Under the pieces are notes generated by a model that saw only the letters and a list, made by a program, of their open reading frames with translations, had not been told where the DNA came from and did not search any database. From positions 186,001-250,000 of IMG/VR virus record IMGVR_UViG_3300042923_000569: a stretch of DNA of 64,000 nucleotides; one strand, given 5' to 3'. Positions 39,799 through 49,801 of this stretch are shown here, one piece after another. The position numbers and the translations under genes were made by a program. Position 1 is the first letter of the stretch, and every line of letters starts with the position of its first letter.

Positions 39799-40263
39799 TT
39801 AAGCACTTTTCGCAATGGACTGAGCCAGACGGATAGGCACAAGTGAGCGGCGATACATGACGCGTACACGCTTATCATTAGGGGTAGTTAGTACTTGTTC
39901 ACCGATGATCCCTGCGATAATCTTACGTACTTCTTTCACTGCAACGTGAGCAACTTCTACAACTTTCTTTTCAAAGTTGTTTGCATTCAGGAAGGAAATA
40001 CGATCCTTAATTGCTGGTGCTGGTTTAGCAACATCAACAGCTTTAAGAGCGGCAGCCAGGCTTGCAGTAGTTTCTGAATGAATCTCTACTGAATGCTCTT
40101 TCGCTGGAATTGCTGGTGCAACTTCAACCGCTGCAACTACTTCAGACAGTACAGCCCAACGTTCACCGGCTGCTGCATCTTTACCAAAATCTTTGACTTT
40201 GCCGCCGTTCTCTGAAGCGAAGTTACGAGCCAGGGTGCGTGATGCGAAGAATTCAGTTCTCAT
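39799..40263 (-). CDS. hypothetical early protein
   Basis: FASRTLAR...GKVKDFG...GERW. Confidence 0.75.
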   Translation of the reverse strand: MRTEFFASRTLARNFASENGGKVKDFGKDAAAGERWAVLSEVVAAVEVAPAIPAKEHSVEIHSETTASLAAALKAVDVAKPAPAIKDRISFLNANNFEKKVVEVAHVAVKEVRKIIAGIIGEQVLTTPNDKRVRVMYRRSLVPIRLAQSIAKSA

Positions 40264-40338
40264 TTTTTCAATCTCTCTTGTGTGGTTGATGTGATAATTA
40301 TAAGTTCTTTCGGGTTTTAGTGCAAGTACTTTTTAAAT

Positions 40339-40671
40339 TTAATTTTTAATACATTCTACACTGTAATCGATTGTTGTATCATCAGTTGGTTTTACATAAA
40401 ACATCTTTTCTTCTTCCGTCTGGTATCCAGTAAGTGTCACTTTCATACCATCAAAATAAGAATCAGTTTTGATACGGTTTACTACTTCAGGCGATACTGT
40501 CAAGTTATAATTAACAGGATAGTAATCCTCTCTGGCACCACTTACTTTACAAACATAATTAGGATTAGTAAATGATTTAAATTTATTATATCCTTCTTTA
40601 AGTACTGGATGAATAACAAAACCACATACTGAGCTTACTAATACAATTGCAATCAAAGACGAAGTTTTCAT
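40339..40671 (-). CDS. membrane-anchored/secreted protein
   Basis: N-terminal hydrophobic segment. Confidence 0.65.
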   Translation of the reverse strand: MKTSSLIAIVLVSSVCGFVIHPVLKEGYNKFKSFTNPNYVCKVSGAREDYYPVNYNLTVSPEVVNRIKTDSYFDGMKVTLTGYQTEEEKMFYVKPTDDTTIDYSVECIKN

Positions 40672-40743
40672 TATTATATTCCAGTTCAGTTTATATTATA
40701 AAGTACTCTGATTATATAAAGTACTTTGACTAATATCCACTAA

Positions 40744-41190
40744 TTAAACGTAATTATATTTGCTAATATATGTTTTAACATTAGAAGATAATTCTTCCAA
40801 CATTACGCCAGCATCCTCACCTTTATAATTACAAAGTTGAACAAAGCGAATACCATTATCTAATAGATCTTCTGCGATTGAATACATAGCCTCAATTGCT
40901 GATCTATCTTCCATGTAATTACTTTCCATCATTTCCCGGCGTTCTTCTGGCGTCAGTGGGATATAAGTACCGGCAGCAATTGCCAATGATTCTGCAACAA
41001 CATCGCGGTACTCTCTGCGAATTTCCATTGTCATATGAGGATCATTCACTGACAGAGTATCACCCAAGGTAAAAGATTCTGCTGATTTGTAAACTGAAGA
41101 ATATACAGCTTCAGCTTCAGCCAGACAAGTTTCAATCCCGTAAGTACTTTCGATTGCTTGCAATGCTTCAGCCAGTTTCTTGAGTTGCAT
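40744..41190 (-). CDS. hypothetical acidic protein
   Basis: own promoter cassette upstream. Confidence 0.7.
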   Translation of the reverse strand: MQLKKLAEALQAIESTYGIETCLAEAEAVYSSVYKSAESFTLGDTLSVNDPHMTMEIRREYRDVVAESLAIAAGTYIPLTPEERREMMESNYMEDRSAIEAMYSIAEDLLDNGIRFVQLCNYKGEDAGVMLEELSSNVKTYISKYNYV

Positions 41191-41335
41191 TTTCTTATCC
41201 CCTGTACGATTCGCCGTGAACCGTTTCGATGTAGTAATAATAGTACTTCTGAATGTTTAATGCAAGTACTTTTTAAATCGAAAGTATAATTTTTGATGTA
41301 AAAAAAAAGCCTCGACAATGCGAGGCTTTTGTGGG

Positions 41336-42190
41336 TTACTTGAGACTTACAAACGGTACTGACGAACCTGGTACAAACTGAGTAGGTAACACACCGTTCC
41401 ATTTGTCAACCGCTGCAAGCTGTACAAGTTGCGGATTGTTGTTTAGTGCGTCTGCTTTCGCCTTAATCGCTGCTGCATCAGCTTCACCTTGTAGGCGAGT
41501 TGCCTGTGCGTCTGCTTTAGCTTGTGCAACTTTTGCATCGGCGGTGGCTTGTGCGTTAGTTACCTGGATCTGTGCGGTAACTTTCGATTCTTCCCACTGC
41601 TGCTGGCGTTTCGTTACGGCAATCTCTGCCTGCATACGTTCTTCAATCGACTTTTCATACGCTGGACTGAATGACAAGTTTTCGATCTGGACGCTTTCAA
41701 TTAGTACCGGATAGTTTTGCATAGCACCTTTAACCGCTAGGTTAAGATTGGTAACTAGCTTTTGACGATCCTGTACTGCTGTAATAGCATTGAATTGTCC
41801 GAAAACGTTTTCAAGTGCTTGCGGTACTTGACGATCAATAACACGTGCAACAAAGTTATCGATACTACCAAATTGGCTATACAGTTCACCAACTTTGCCC
41901 GGTGGAATAGAATACGAAACTGAAATATTCATATCTGCCGGTTGCTGGTCACGCGAATATGCCTGAGTTTTTGGATAAGATTTACTCTGACCAGAAACTT
42001 TAACTTCTACTACTGAATCAACAAATGGCTTTTTCCAGTGGAAGCCAGGATCGGCAATGCCAGTTAATTTACCATTAGTAAGAATAACGCCGCGATCTTG
42101 CTGGTCAACAGTATAGAACGAACCACCAGCAATCATCGCACCTACTAGTAGTACGAATACTACAAGACCAATACCAAAGTACTTACCCAT
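41336..42190 (-). CDS. SPFH/band 7/prohibitin family membrane protein
   Basis: N-terminal TM, YTVDQ..RGV, PGFHWK.PF, SRDQQ, coiled coil, KWNGVLP. Confidence 0.9.
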   Translation of the reverse strand: MGKYFGIGLVVFVLLVGAMIAGGSFYTVDQQDRGVILTNGKLTGIADPGFHWKKPFVDSVVEVKVSGQSKSYPKTQAYSRDQQPADMNISVSYSIPPGKVGELYSQFGSIDNFVARVIDRQVPQALENVFGQFNAITAVQDRQKLVTNLNLAVKGAMQNYPVLIESVQIENLSFSPAYEKSIEERMQAEIAVTKRQQQWEESKVTAQIQVTNAQATADAKVAQAKADAQATRLQGEADAAAIKAKADALNNNPQLVQLAAVDKWNGVLPTQFVPGSSVPFVSLK

Positions 42191-42200
42191 TGAAAACCTC

Positions 42201-42449
42201 TTAAGTTAATTTACCATTTTGATTATAAAGAAATAAAGGAATATCCTTCGAATTTAAATCTACTTTAAAACTACTATCACAATCACGTGCAAATGCAATT
42301 GCCCGATCATGAGTTAATGATTCTGCATCAGGAGTATTTGCCGCTTTATCAGCCTGAATAGTACAGCGAACATTTCCACCACAACGATCAAATAAATCGT
42401 TCTGTGTACTTCTGAATTTTTCAATTGCAGTAATTGGCTGTACTTTCAT
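42201..42449 (-). CDS. hypothetical protein
   Basis: 82-aa ORF. Confidence 0.6.
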   Translation of the reverse strand: MKVQPITAIEKFRSTQNDLFDRCGGNVRCTIQADKAANTPDAESLTHDRAIAFARDCDSSFKVDLNSKDIPLFLYNQNGKLT

Positions 42450-42451
42450 TT

Positions 42452-42688
42452 TTAATTATCCTTATACATAAGATAGATTAACAAACAAGTAAAACATTCC
42501 GCACACATGAAAATTAGAAATGTTCCAAAACCTTTTCCAAAAGTCATATATGTCATGAAATCTGAATTATGATTATACGCGATTGATTCGATTTGCCAAG
42601 TATAATCTACTGTAAAATTAGAATAGGTTAGCCCAAGTGCTAACAACAATAATGTTGCCAGTACCGCAATCCCCTTTACATATTGCAT
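42452..42688 (-). CDS. small membrane protein
   Basis: two TM segments. Confidence 0.6.
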   Translation of the reverse strand: MQYVKGIAVLATLLLLALGLTYSNFTVDYTWQIESIAYNHNSDFMTYMTFGKGFGTFLIFMCAECFTCLLIYLMYKDN

Positions 42689-42719
42689 ATTCTACCTGCT
42701 TTTGTCAGTGTGTCAACAG

Positions 42720-42998
42720 TTATTTTACTACTGCTTTCTTTGCCTGGTAACTGCGATAGACAGTTTCAGAAAGATCAACTAATATCAGGAACCCGGCAGG
42801 GAATAACCCCATAAAGGCAGTACTGAAAGAAGCAGGTAACACGAAATGAATAAACGCCTTCCAGCGATCACCACCTTCAATGTAATTGAACATTTCGTGA
42901 TTGCAGATCATCAGTACTAAACAAACGGTAATACTGAATACTACACCAAACAGATAAGAGTATCCAATCCACTTCAGGTATTTTGGTAATCGTTTCAT
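42720..42998 (-). CDS. small membrane protein
   Basis: two TM segments, basic tail. Confidence 0.65.
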   Translation of the reverse strand: MKRLPKYLKWIGYSYLFGVVFSITVCLVLMICNHEMFNYIEGGDRWKAFIHFVLPASFSTAFMGLFPAGFLILVDLSETVYRSYQAKKAVVK

Positions 42999-43110
42999 TT
43001 AAAAGTTCTCTACAAAAGTTGCCCTTTCAATGAGTGCATTCTACCAGAAATATCCTTATATGCAAGCACAATTTTAAATTAAAAATATAATGTTTATTTG
43101 CTCAACGGCA

Positions 43111-43190
43111 TTGACAGACCACCAGCAATAGGGCATAATTATCACATAGACAGCGAAATGTCTTATCCCATAGGGTGCGGAGTTGTACCT
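43111..43190 (+). ncRNA. promoter-hairpin-CCCATAGGGTGC unit 5 (Chi in spacer)
   Basis: TTGACA-17-CATAAT; AGACA-GCGAAA-TGTCT; motif at 43167-43178. Confidence 0.55.
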
Positions 43191-43249
43191 GTAATATATA
43201 AATTTAAAACAAAAATAAGTACTGGCTATTATACCAGTACTATGATATA

Positions 43250-43549
43250 CTATTTCCAGATATACTTGGTTACGCCGTAATATCCGCGATGCAGTACTAC
43301 CACATCATTACTTGTCATAACATGGCTTAGGGTAATGTCTACCAGTGTTTCGCCATTAAACAACGCCATCCAGCCATAACCAGTATCAACATATACATGA
43401 TGATCGCCATCGCTTTCAACTAATTGCCATTCAAACGGTTTACCGTTCTTATTCCACAATGCCAGATCTTCGCACGGTTCTGTTACCAGGCGATGCGGAA
43501 GATCGGACATATAATCAAAACGTTTTTCCAACTGTTCGATGATTGACAT
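43250..43549 (-). CDS. small early protein
   Basis: start moved to MSIIEQ after the AATTGAGAG leader. Confidence 0.65.
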   Translation of the reverse strand: MSIIEQLEKRFDYMSDLPHRLVTEPCEDLALWNKNGKPFEWQLVESDGDHHVYVDTGYGWMALFNGETLVDITLSHVMTSNDVVVLHRGYYGVTKYIWK

Positions 43550-43625
43550 ATGAATTCTCTCAATTAAAGTAACTACATTATAAAGTACTATCATAATAAT
43601 TACAATAGTACTTTTGATAATGTTT

Positions 43626-43832
43626 TTACGCGGCGTGATACTGCTTGCCTTTTTCTGGATGTTCGCCTGATTGTTTCCAACGACAGACTTCCTGCTCTGC
43701 TTCGTGACGTGTCGCCCAATCATTCACATAGTTGTCACAGAATCGAACAACAAAACGTTTTTTGCCTGAAATATCACCAGTGAATTCAGGAGTAATTGTA
43801 TAGCGGCGATCTTTAAAAGCCATGATAGTCAT
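43626..43832 (-). CDS. small early protein
   Basis: YTITPEFTG...RFVVRFC. Confidence 0.6.
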   Translation of the reverse strand: MTIMAFKDRRYTITPEFTGDISGKKRFVVRFCDNYVNDWATRHEAEQEVCRWKQSGEHPEKGKQYHAA

Positions 43833-43970
43833 CTCACTTAATAAGGTTAGTTAAGTATTCGAGTACATGCAACAATACAGGCTGTACTGAATCCCAATTA
43901 TAAAACATCAAAGCACAAACTACAATACCTAATAAGAATTGCATTTCGCTTTCTCCTACTCAGTAACTAC

Positions 43971-44003
43971 ATTATAAAGTACTCGCAGAATTAAGCAAGT
44001 ACT
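43971..44003 (-). promoter_or_regulatory. AGTACT-bracketed early promoter cassette (representative copy)
   Basis: TTGCTT-16-TATAAT with AGTACT at 43978 and 43998; near-copies at 45215, 46056, 46488, 46966, 47310, 48460, 48999. Confidence 0.75.
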
Positions 44004-44016
44004 TTTGATAATGTTT

Positions 44017-44256
44017 TTACTTAGAATATTCTAACAGTGCATCAGCGTCAATAAACCCGGTAACGCCATATTCAGAGAAATCAACAACAGGCGTTTGAAA
44101 CTGTGCCAGGTATGCAATCGACGTGTATTTGCCATAAGTCGCAGTGATATACTCCTGCAATTTGGCGTGAACATCAGTAGAGTTTTCGTCTTTGATAACT
44201 ACTGCGTACACATCAGGAAGGCCAACAGTCGGGGAAACTTTAACAATCTTCAACAT
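44017..44256 (-). CDS. small early protein
   Basis: AATTGAGAG leader. Confidence 0.65.
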   Translation of the reverse strand: MLKIVKVSPTVGLPDVYAVVIKDENSTDVHAKLQEYITATYGKYTSIAYLAQFQTPVVDFSEYGVTGFIDADALLEYSK

Positions 44257-44310
44257 AATGTTTTACTCTCTCAATTAAAATGATAACTTAATTATACAGT
44301 ACTATCTAAA

Positions 44311-44577
44311 TTATGCAAGCGATTTGCTATATTTTAAATGTACTTCTAATGCTTGGGACATACGATTACGCATTGCCTTTACAACCATTCGACGGCAAGA
44401 TAATTCTGTTTTATCATCCAGCTTAGATAATCCAGGCCGTTTCATTGAATACTTTTGCAGTACTCGCCAGTTGGCCCCGGTCTTGCTGTATATGCTGCAA
44501 GTGATACGATCATTCAAACAATCGAACAAAACAACTAACGTCCTGGTACTATACAACATAGAATAATTCTCAGACAT
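44311..44577 (-). CDS. small early protein
   Basis: AGGAGG RBS. Confidence 0.65.
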   Translation of the reverse strand: MSENYSMLYSTRTLVVLFDCLNDRITCSIYSKTGANWRVLQKYSMKRPGLSKLDDKTELSCRRMVVKAMRNRMSQALEVHLKYSKSLA

Positions 44578-44621
44578 TTTATAACCTCCTGTTATGGGGG
44601 ATAGTTAATCCCCCGGTGTGG

Positions 44622-44942
44622 TTAGTCGTCTGGAGTTTCTACATCATATGCGGGTTCAATTTTTTCCCCGGTGTGATCATCATAGAGATCATCATTTTCA
44701 TAATTCACTTCAACCCCGACGATATGCCATTGACTATCATCGGGATCATTAAAGTTAACTTTGTGATACTCATTGATAACAGTATCGATAGCCAGGCAAC
44801 CGCCATCAGCAGTTACAAAGTACTGGTACTTTTCATAACCGCCGGAATTGAAGCCCCAATTGATTGACGGCGTACCGTCATCCAATCTGATAGCCTGGCC
44901 GATGAATTCATTTTCGAAATTGCTTTGAGTATTCGATAACAT
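44622..44942 (-). CDS. small acidic early protein
   Basis: YFVTADGGCL...VNYE...LY pattern. Confidence 0.7.
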   Translation of the reverse strand: MLSNTQSNFENEFIGQAIRLDDGTPSINWGFNSGGYEKYQYFVTADGGCLAIDTVINEYHKVNFNDPDDSQWHIVGVEVNYENDDLYDDHTGEKIEPAYDVETPDD

Positions 44943-45250
44943 GGCTGTATTCCTATCTCGTTTAAAGTAACTACATTATAAAGTACTTGATGACATATTA
45001 CAAGTACTTTTAATGTTTACTGATCCCAATAATTCTGTAAAGATTGATATGTGATTTTATATTGATTAGCCGCTAACATTAACGCATCAGTTTCTGTTTT
45101 CCCTTCCTGTTGCATAAGATGCCAGGCATAATCACTAGCTAATTCATAATCGGATGAATCAAACGCTTCTTCTCTCATATGTTGTTCCTTTCGTTTAAAG
45201 TAACTACATTATAAAGTACTCGCGAATATATGCAAGTACTGTTAATGTTT

Positions 45251-45520
45251 TTACGCTAATAAATCTGCCAGGATGTTATCGCGTTTCATTACTTCTTTTA
45301 CATAATATCGATAATGAGTAACAGCGGCAATGTAAGTTTCAAAATCAAGGTATTCAGTTTTACCGGCGATCTGTGCTGTTACATAATAACCGATTTTAAT
45401 ATGTTCGCCGTGAAAATTAAAAGAATCTTTTTGAGTCAGTACTACAATATCCTTTTGAGTAGACAATCTAGCAACTTCAGTATCTTTTGAATCAAACTCG
45501 CAAGTATCTTTAAATGACAT
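45251..45520 (-). CDS. small early protein
   Basis: own promoter and GGAG RBS. Confidence 0.65.
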   Translation of the reverse strand: MSFKDTCEFDSKDTEVARLSTQKDIVVLTQKDSFNFHGEHIKIGYYVTAQIAGKTEYLDFETYIAAVTHYRYYVKEVMKRDNILADLLA

Positions 45521-45630
45521 TTTTCTTTCTCCGTCTCGTTTCGATATAAGTAAGTATACTCTCTTTTAGTTTATGTACAAGTACTTTTTAAATTAAAAGT
45601 ATAATTATATTTTTTAACGGGCACACTTCA

Positions 45631-45698
45631 GCACCCTAATGGGTTTGACCGTTTCGCCGGATTAAGATAAGTATACTAAAAGGGCTGACTTGCGTCAA
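45631..45698 (-). ncRNA. promoter-hairpin-motif unit 6 (variant CCCATTAGGGTGC)
   Basis: TTGACG-17-TATACT; CCG-GCGAAA-CGG. Confidence 0.5.
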
Positions 45699-45711
45699 CC
45701 CCTTTTTTCAA

Positions 45712-46011
45712 TTATTCTTCCATCTGTTGCTGATCATATACATCACCGCTAGCAATCCATAGCAGTTTAACATACAAATCAGTATCGGATTCATTTTCTA
45801 ATTCGTCATCATCCCATGCACCAGTTTCTAACAGTACTGATACAATCTTTTCGCGAGGTATCGCCTGCAATGTTTCCAGGAAGTAAGGAAGTTCTGCTTT
45901 AACAGATTCTTCACAGTCGCCTGCATGATGCATAGAATAGACCTGATCCAGATCTCTGAATGTAAACTCAATCTTACCACAAGATGACGTGTACCAGATT
46001 TGATCTTGCAT
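45712..46011 (-). CDS. small acidic early protein
   Basis: start moved to MQDQ; HAGDC, ETGAWDDDEL, LLWIA. Confidence 0.7.
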   Translation of the reverse strand: MQDQIWYTSSCGKIEFTFRDLDQVYSMHHAGDCEESVKAELPYFLETLQAIPREKIVSVLLETGAWDDDELENESDTDLYVKLLWIASGDVYDQQQMEE

Positions 46012-46094
46012 TTTGTTTTCTCTCAATTAAAAGTAAGTCAGTAACTACATTATAAAGTACTCGCAGTAATAAGCAAGTACTTTTGATAATGTTT

Positions 46095-46439
46095 TTACGA
46101 TTCGTCTGCCATACTATCCACCAGCTCATAAACCGGCTTAAGTAATGCATCAAACGCCGCATGATCACCGCTAGCAGTATTAGCGATTAAATCAATACCA
46201 TCATTGCCGTTATTATAGATAAGCAGTATAGAACCGATTTGATAAGGATCATCTTTCTTTAATACGCGGAGCCAGTCCAGTCCAGTACTGTTAAGGGCTT
46301 CTTTGATTGTGCTAACATCACTTGAACGGCGTAACACGAACTCCTCACCATCAAAAATGCTAACCTCATAGCCACCAGCAAAAACAGTACTCAAAATACA
46401 ATCAATGATTCTGTTTTCGTTTTCCAGGAGTGCAGCCAT
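46095..46439 (-). CDS. small early protein
   Basis: GYEVSIFDGEE...STGLD pattern. Confidence 0.7.
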   Translation of the reverse strand: MAALLENENRIIDCILSTVFAGGYEVSIFDGEEFVLRRSSDVSTIKEALNSTGLDWLRVLKKDDPYQIGSILLIYNNGNDGIDLIANTASGDHAAFDALLKPVYELVDSMADES

Positions 46440-46526
46440 AATATCCTCTCAATTAAAAGTAATTCGTTTGCAGTAACTACATTATAAAGTACTCGCTAGT
46501 TAATGCAAGTACTTTTGATAATGTTT

Positions 46527-46919
46527 TTACTTATTCAGATAACGATGAAAGTAATACATAGGGGAATGTTGGCGATCTTTCGCTGGCGGTACTTTGTACT
46601 TACAAAGCTCATAAACCTTTTGCATCATCTGGATATCAGACGCTGGCAATGCATAGTACTCAGTCTTTTTAACATCAATCGCGAAGTGTTGAAGTAGTAA
46701 AGCCCTGGCTGATTCAGCACTTAAGCCAGTGTGAAGAATAGCGGCTTTTTCTTCAAATGCTTTAAGCATTTGCTCGTTAGGCAAATTCTTACGTGGTAAC
46801 GCATTGATAGTTGCCTTATGGAATTTCTTACCATTGGCTAACAGCAATTCATGTACTGACATTTCTTTGCCATTGAACAAGAAACAAAAACCGTTTTCAT
46901 AACCTCTGACTTCTAACAT
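46527..46919 (-). CDS. small early protein
   Basis: AATTGAGAGG leader. Confidence 0.7.
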   Translation of the reverse strand: MLEVRGYENGFCFLFNGKEMSVHELLLANGKKFHKATINALPRKNLPNEQMLKAFEEKAAILHTGLSAESARALLLQHFAIDVKKTEYYALPASDIQMMQKVYELCKYKVPPAKDRQHSPMYYFHRYLNK

Positions 46920-46925
46920 AGTAAT

Positions 46926-47348
46926 CCTCTCAATTAAAATTAACTACTCAATAAGTTTATTATATAGTACTCGCTTGTTATTGCAAGTACTATCGAACTA
47001 CTTATTATGATTATCATTGTACAGGCGATCACATAATCGCCCATGATAAACCCGCCCATTCTTTAAACGTTTACCCAAAGGCATAAACCATTTAAGATGG
47101 AAACCAGTAAGAAAGATTATATCTTTCATTCGGAAACTTCTACAGTCCAGCCTTTATAGGCGTCGATGTAATTGATCCAGTCCTGGTCATTCCAACGGGC
47201 AGTAGTTACACCAGGAGCTTTAAACTTGTAATGTCCAGCTTTATATGCTTCCATCTTAGTCATGTATCACCTCTCAATTAAAATTAACTACTCAATAAGT
47301 TTATTATATAGTACTCGCTTGTTATTGCAAGTACTATCGAACTACTTA
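46926..47348. repeat. 79-bp perfect direct repeat of a promoter/RBS cassette (46926-47004 and 47270-47348)
   Basis: identical CCTCTCAATTAAAATT...AGTACTATCGAACTACTTA copies. Confidence 0.85.
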
Positions 47349-47747
47349 CAGATCTTTTTTACGCTTCACATCATTGCAGTTATCATAGTAAGGAATCGAT
47401 AACATATTACACAACGTGTACAGGGTACGCACACGAACATTGTCAAAATCAACAAAGTTCCCCTGTACTGCTTCGCGGAAAATAGTATAACCAGTGTATT
47501 CATACTGATTACCATGCCCAGGCATAAACTCATTGCGAACTACATCGATCCAGACCTGTTCACCTTCAGGCCGGTTATAGTGGTTAGCGTTTAACTCGTT
47601 TGCCTTTTCCACATCAACCAGGCAGGCGACATAAGTACTGTGATACGTTACGCCTAATGAATCAGTCCAGCGATTACCAGTAAGAGTAATGCCCTTGATA
47701 TCTTCCAGGGTTAAACGTGCGATTGTGATTCTAGTATCTTTGTCCAT
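47346..47747 (-). CDS. small early protein
   Basis: RW.D..G.TYHS...G.QYEYT...V.RKKDL pattern. Confidence 0.7.
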   Translation of the reverse strand: MDKDTRITIARLTLEDIKGITLTGNRWTDSLGVTYHSTYVACLVDVEKANELNANHYNRPEGEQVWIDVVRNEFMPGHGNQYEYTGYTIFREAVQGNFVDFDNVRVRTLYTLCNMLSIPYYDNCNDVKRKKDL

Positions 47748-47874
47748 CTGGTAAACCTCTCAGTTAAAATTGTGTATCTCGTTTCGATATAAAAGATTAT
47801 ACGCGATTCTAGTTTATGTGCAAGTACTTTTTAAAATGAATTTATAATTATATTTTTTTAATGGGTATAACTCT

Positions 47875-47942
47875 GTACCCTATGGGCTAAGCCATTTCTC
47901 TGGCGTATGAGTACTATAACAAAAGAGGCTAACTTTCGTCAA
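47875..47942 (-). ncRNA. promoter-hairpin-motif unit 7 (CCCATAGGGTAC)
   Basis: TTGACG-18-TATAGT; GCCA-GAGAAA-TGGC. Confidence 0.5.
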
Positions 47943-47959
47943 CCCCTTTTGATAATTAA

Positions 47960-48415
47960 TTATAGATACTTTTCAGGGATAGAATCTTGCTGAATGATTT
48001 GCTTTTCAGCCGCGAGTTCTGTTACAAACTCTTTCAGCTTTTTAAAGTACTTGTCATAACCCGCGATTACTTTATCAGCATCGCCTTTAATCTTGCGTAC
48101 TGCAATCTTGCGGCTTTCAGCGTACATATGCGGCTTTTCAGTAATGCAAGTTACCCAGGCACCGTCAAATTCAACTTCCAGATCCTGGAGTTCAACTTCT
48201 GAATCATTAAACTTGATTCCTTTGTGAATGTATGACCGGAAAGTTACTGGATCATTCATTCTGATTTTTGCGGAAACATCATTAATGTCGCCAATCAAAC
48301 CGCAGAAGATAGCAATACCGCCACCTAGTGCTAGTGGGCTGATTCGAATACTTCCATTAGGAAAGTACTTCAGAAATGATTCTGTTACTGCTGCCTGGAG
48401 TTCGTTGGCTTTCAT
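47960..48415 (-). CDS. hypothetical early protein
   Basis: start moved to MKANE. Confidence 0.7.
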   Translation of the reverse strand: MKANELQAAVTESFLKYFPNGSIRISPLALGGGIAIFCGLIGDINDVSAKIRMNDPVTFRSYIHKGIKFNDSEVELQDLEVEFDGAWVTCITEKPHMYAESRKIAVRKIKGDADKVIAGYDKYFKKLKEFVTELAAEKQIIQQDSIPEKYL

Positions 48416-48497
48416 GTTCTGTTCTCTCAATTAAAAAGTTACTATATAACTAATTATAAAGTACTCGCTAGTTAATGCAAGTACTTTTGATAATTAA

Positions 48498-48941
48498 TTA
48501 TTCAACAGTTCCCGCCAGGATCTCTCCTACGCGTACCATTTCATAACGATCAACGATTGATAAAGATAGCTTAGTATCTTTTTGGCGTACACTATACCAG
48601 GTATCACCTTCAAACACATAACGGGTAATGTTTTTGTTTGCGATAAGGAACATCAACCATGATTTAGTAGTTAGTGGCTCTGTGCCAGTTTCACCACGAT
48701 CACGCCCATAAGCTACAGTATAGCCAGGAACCTTTTTATTGAAGCTGTGACCTTCTGGACACTCGATAGATTTATCCAGTACTGACAGATCACCCAGGGC
48801 GATTAGTGCCTTTGCACGTTCTGCATCGTTGTAATGCTCAACTAACATTCTACCAGTGTGACCGATATAGCCATCATAGTTTACAGATGACCAGGTAACA
48901 TGTTCGCCGTCTTTGATTGCAATAACTGCTGGAGTACCCAT
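48498..48941 (-). CDS. conserved phage early protein
   Basis: MGT...YDGY..HTG..L..HY...LI.LGDLSVL...YGRDRGE. Confidence 0.75.
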   Translation of the reverse strand: MGTPAVIAIKDGEHVTWSSVNYDGYIGHTGRMLVEHYNDAERAKALIALGDLSVLDKSIECPEGHSFNKKVPGYTVAYGRDRGETGTEPLTTKSWLMFLIANKNITRYVFEGDTWYSVRQKDTKLSLSIVDRYEMVRVGEILAGTVE

Positions 48942-49097
48942 TTTTAAATCCTCTCAATTAAAAGTAACATCGTCTCGTTTCGATATAGGTAATTATATAG
49001 TACTGGTAATCGAAAGCAAGTACTTTTTAAAATAAAAGTATAATTAAGAATCAAAAATAAATTTGCATCTAAAGAAAAATGATGATACGATGTTTAT

Positions 49098-49192
49098 GCG
49101 GCGAAAATGTGAGGTTCGCCGCAAGTCCAACGAATGATAACGCATTGTATTACTTTATAGGATAGCTATGGGTTTGCTATCCTTTTTTTTTT
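49098..49192 (+). ncRNA. candidate ~95-nt small RNA
   Basis: TTGCAT-17-TACGAT (extended -10) promoter; 8-bp 5' hairpin; unpaired core; AGGATAGC/GCTATCCT terminator plus a long T run; no ORF. Confidence 0.6.
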
Positions 49193-49207
49193 ATTTTCGA
49201 AAAGGTA

Positions 49208-49282
49208 TTGACTCCACCAGCCAAATAACCGATAATCACATCAAGACGGCGAAACGTCCTTTCCCATAGGGTGCGGAGCTAT
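49208..49282 (+). ncRNA. promoter-hairpin-CCCATAGGGTGC unit 8 (Chi in spacer)
   Basis: TTGACT-17-GATAAT; GACG-GCGAAA-CGTC; motif at 49263-49274. Confidence 0.55.
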
Positions 49283-49319
49283 GTCTTTAAAGTACTAATT
49301 TTCTTACGGGTATTCCTCT

Positions 49320-49387
49320 GCACCCTATGGGCTACGCCTTTGTCTCGGCTTGTATGTATTATTGCATTTTTCGGGGATTGAAGTCAA
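49320..49387 (-). ncRNA. promoter-hairpin-CCCATAGGGTGC unit 9
   Basis: TTGACT-18-AATAAT; GCC-GAGACAAA-GGC; motif at 49320-49331. Confidence 0.5.
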
Positions 49388-49405
49388 CCCCCGATTTGTA
49401 AAGAT

Positions 49406-49762
49406 TTATTCTTCTTGCGTTACACATTCCAGGCGGTAAGTACTGAAATGTTTACGGAATAAATCGCAAGCCTGATCGCCGTTTTCCGCTTGCATTATAA
49501 TCGAACCTTCTCGATTATTTTTAATATCGAAATATGTTACTATCCAGCCACGCGTTTTGATTTCAGATAGTGGCAAGTGAATTGATCCACCGCTGGTTAA
49601 TTGACCTTCAGGATCTTTGTTGATTGCTTCCTGGTCGATAGTCAGTGAATAGTTTTCACCATCTACAACGTGGAACAATTCAACAATCGGATCGATGTTT
49701 CCACGTTTGTTTGCGATGCGTTCCAGTGTAGAAAGTACTCCGCGAAGTTCTGATAATCTCAT
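49406..49762 (-). CDS. small early protein
   Basis: 118-aa ORF. Confidence 0.7.
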   Translation of the reverse strand: MRLSELRGVLSTLERIANKRGNIDPIVELFHVVDGENYSLTIDQEAINKDPEGQLTSGGSIHLPLSEIKTRGWIVTYFDIKNNREGSIIMQAENGDQACDLFRKHFSTYRLECVTQEE

Positions 49763-49801
49763 TTAAAATTTACTCTCGTTTGTTGGTGTGTGGTAATAGT
49801 A

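Noticed and set aside
43098-43280. 60-aa plus-strand ORF over unit 5 that shares YPIGCG with the 51883 ORF
   Set aside because: The shared peptide is simply the translated DNA motif; other copies have no open frame or start
49131-49150. Fur box-like AATGATAACGCATT
   Set aside because: Only a partial match, and it lies well downstream of the promoter inside the predicted RNA
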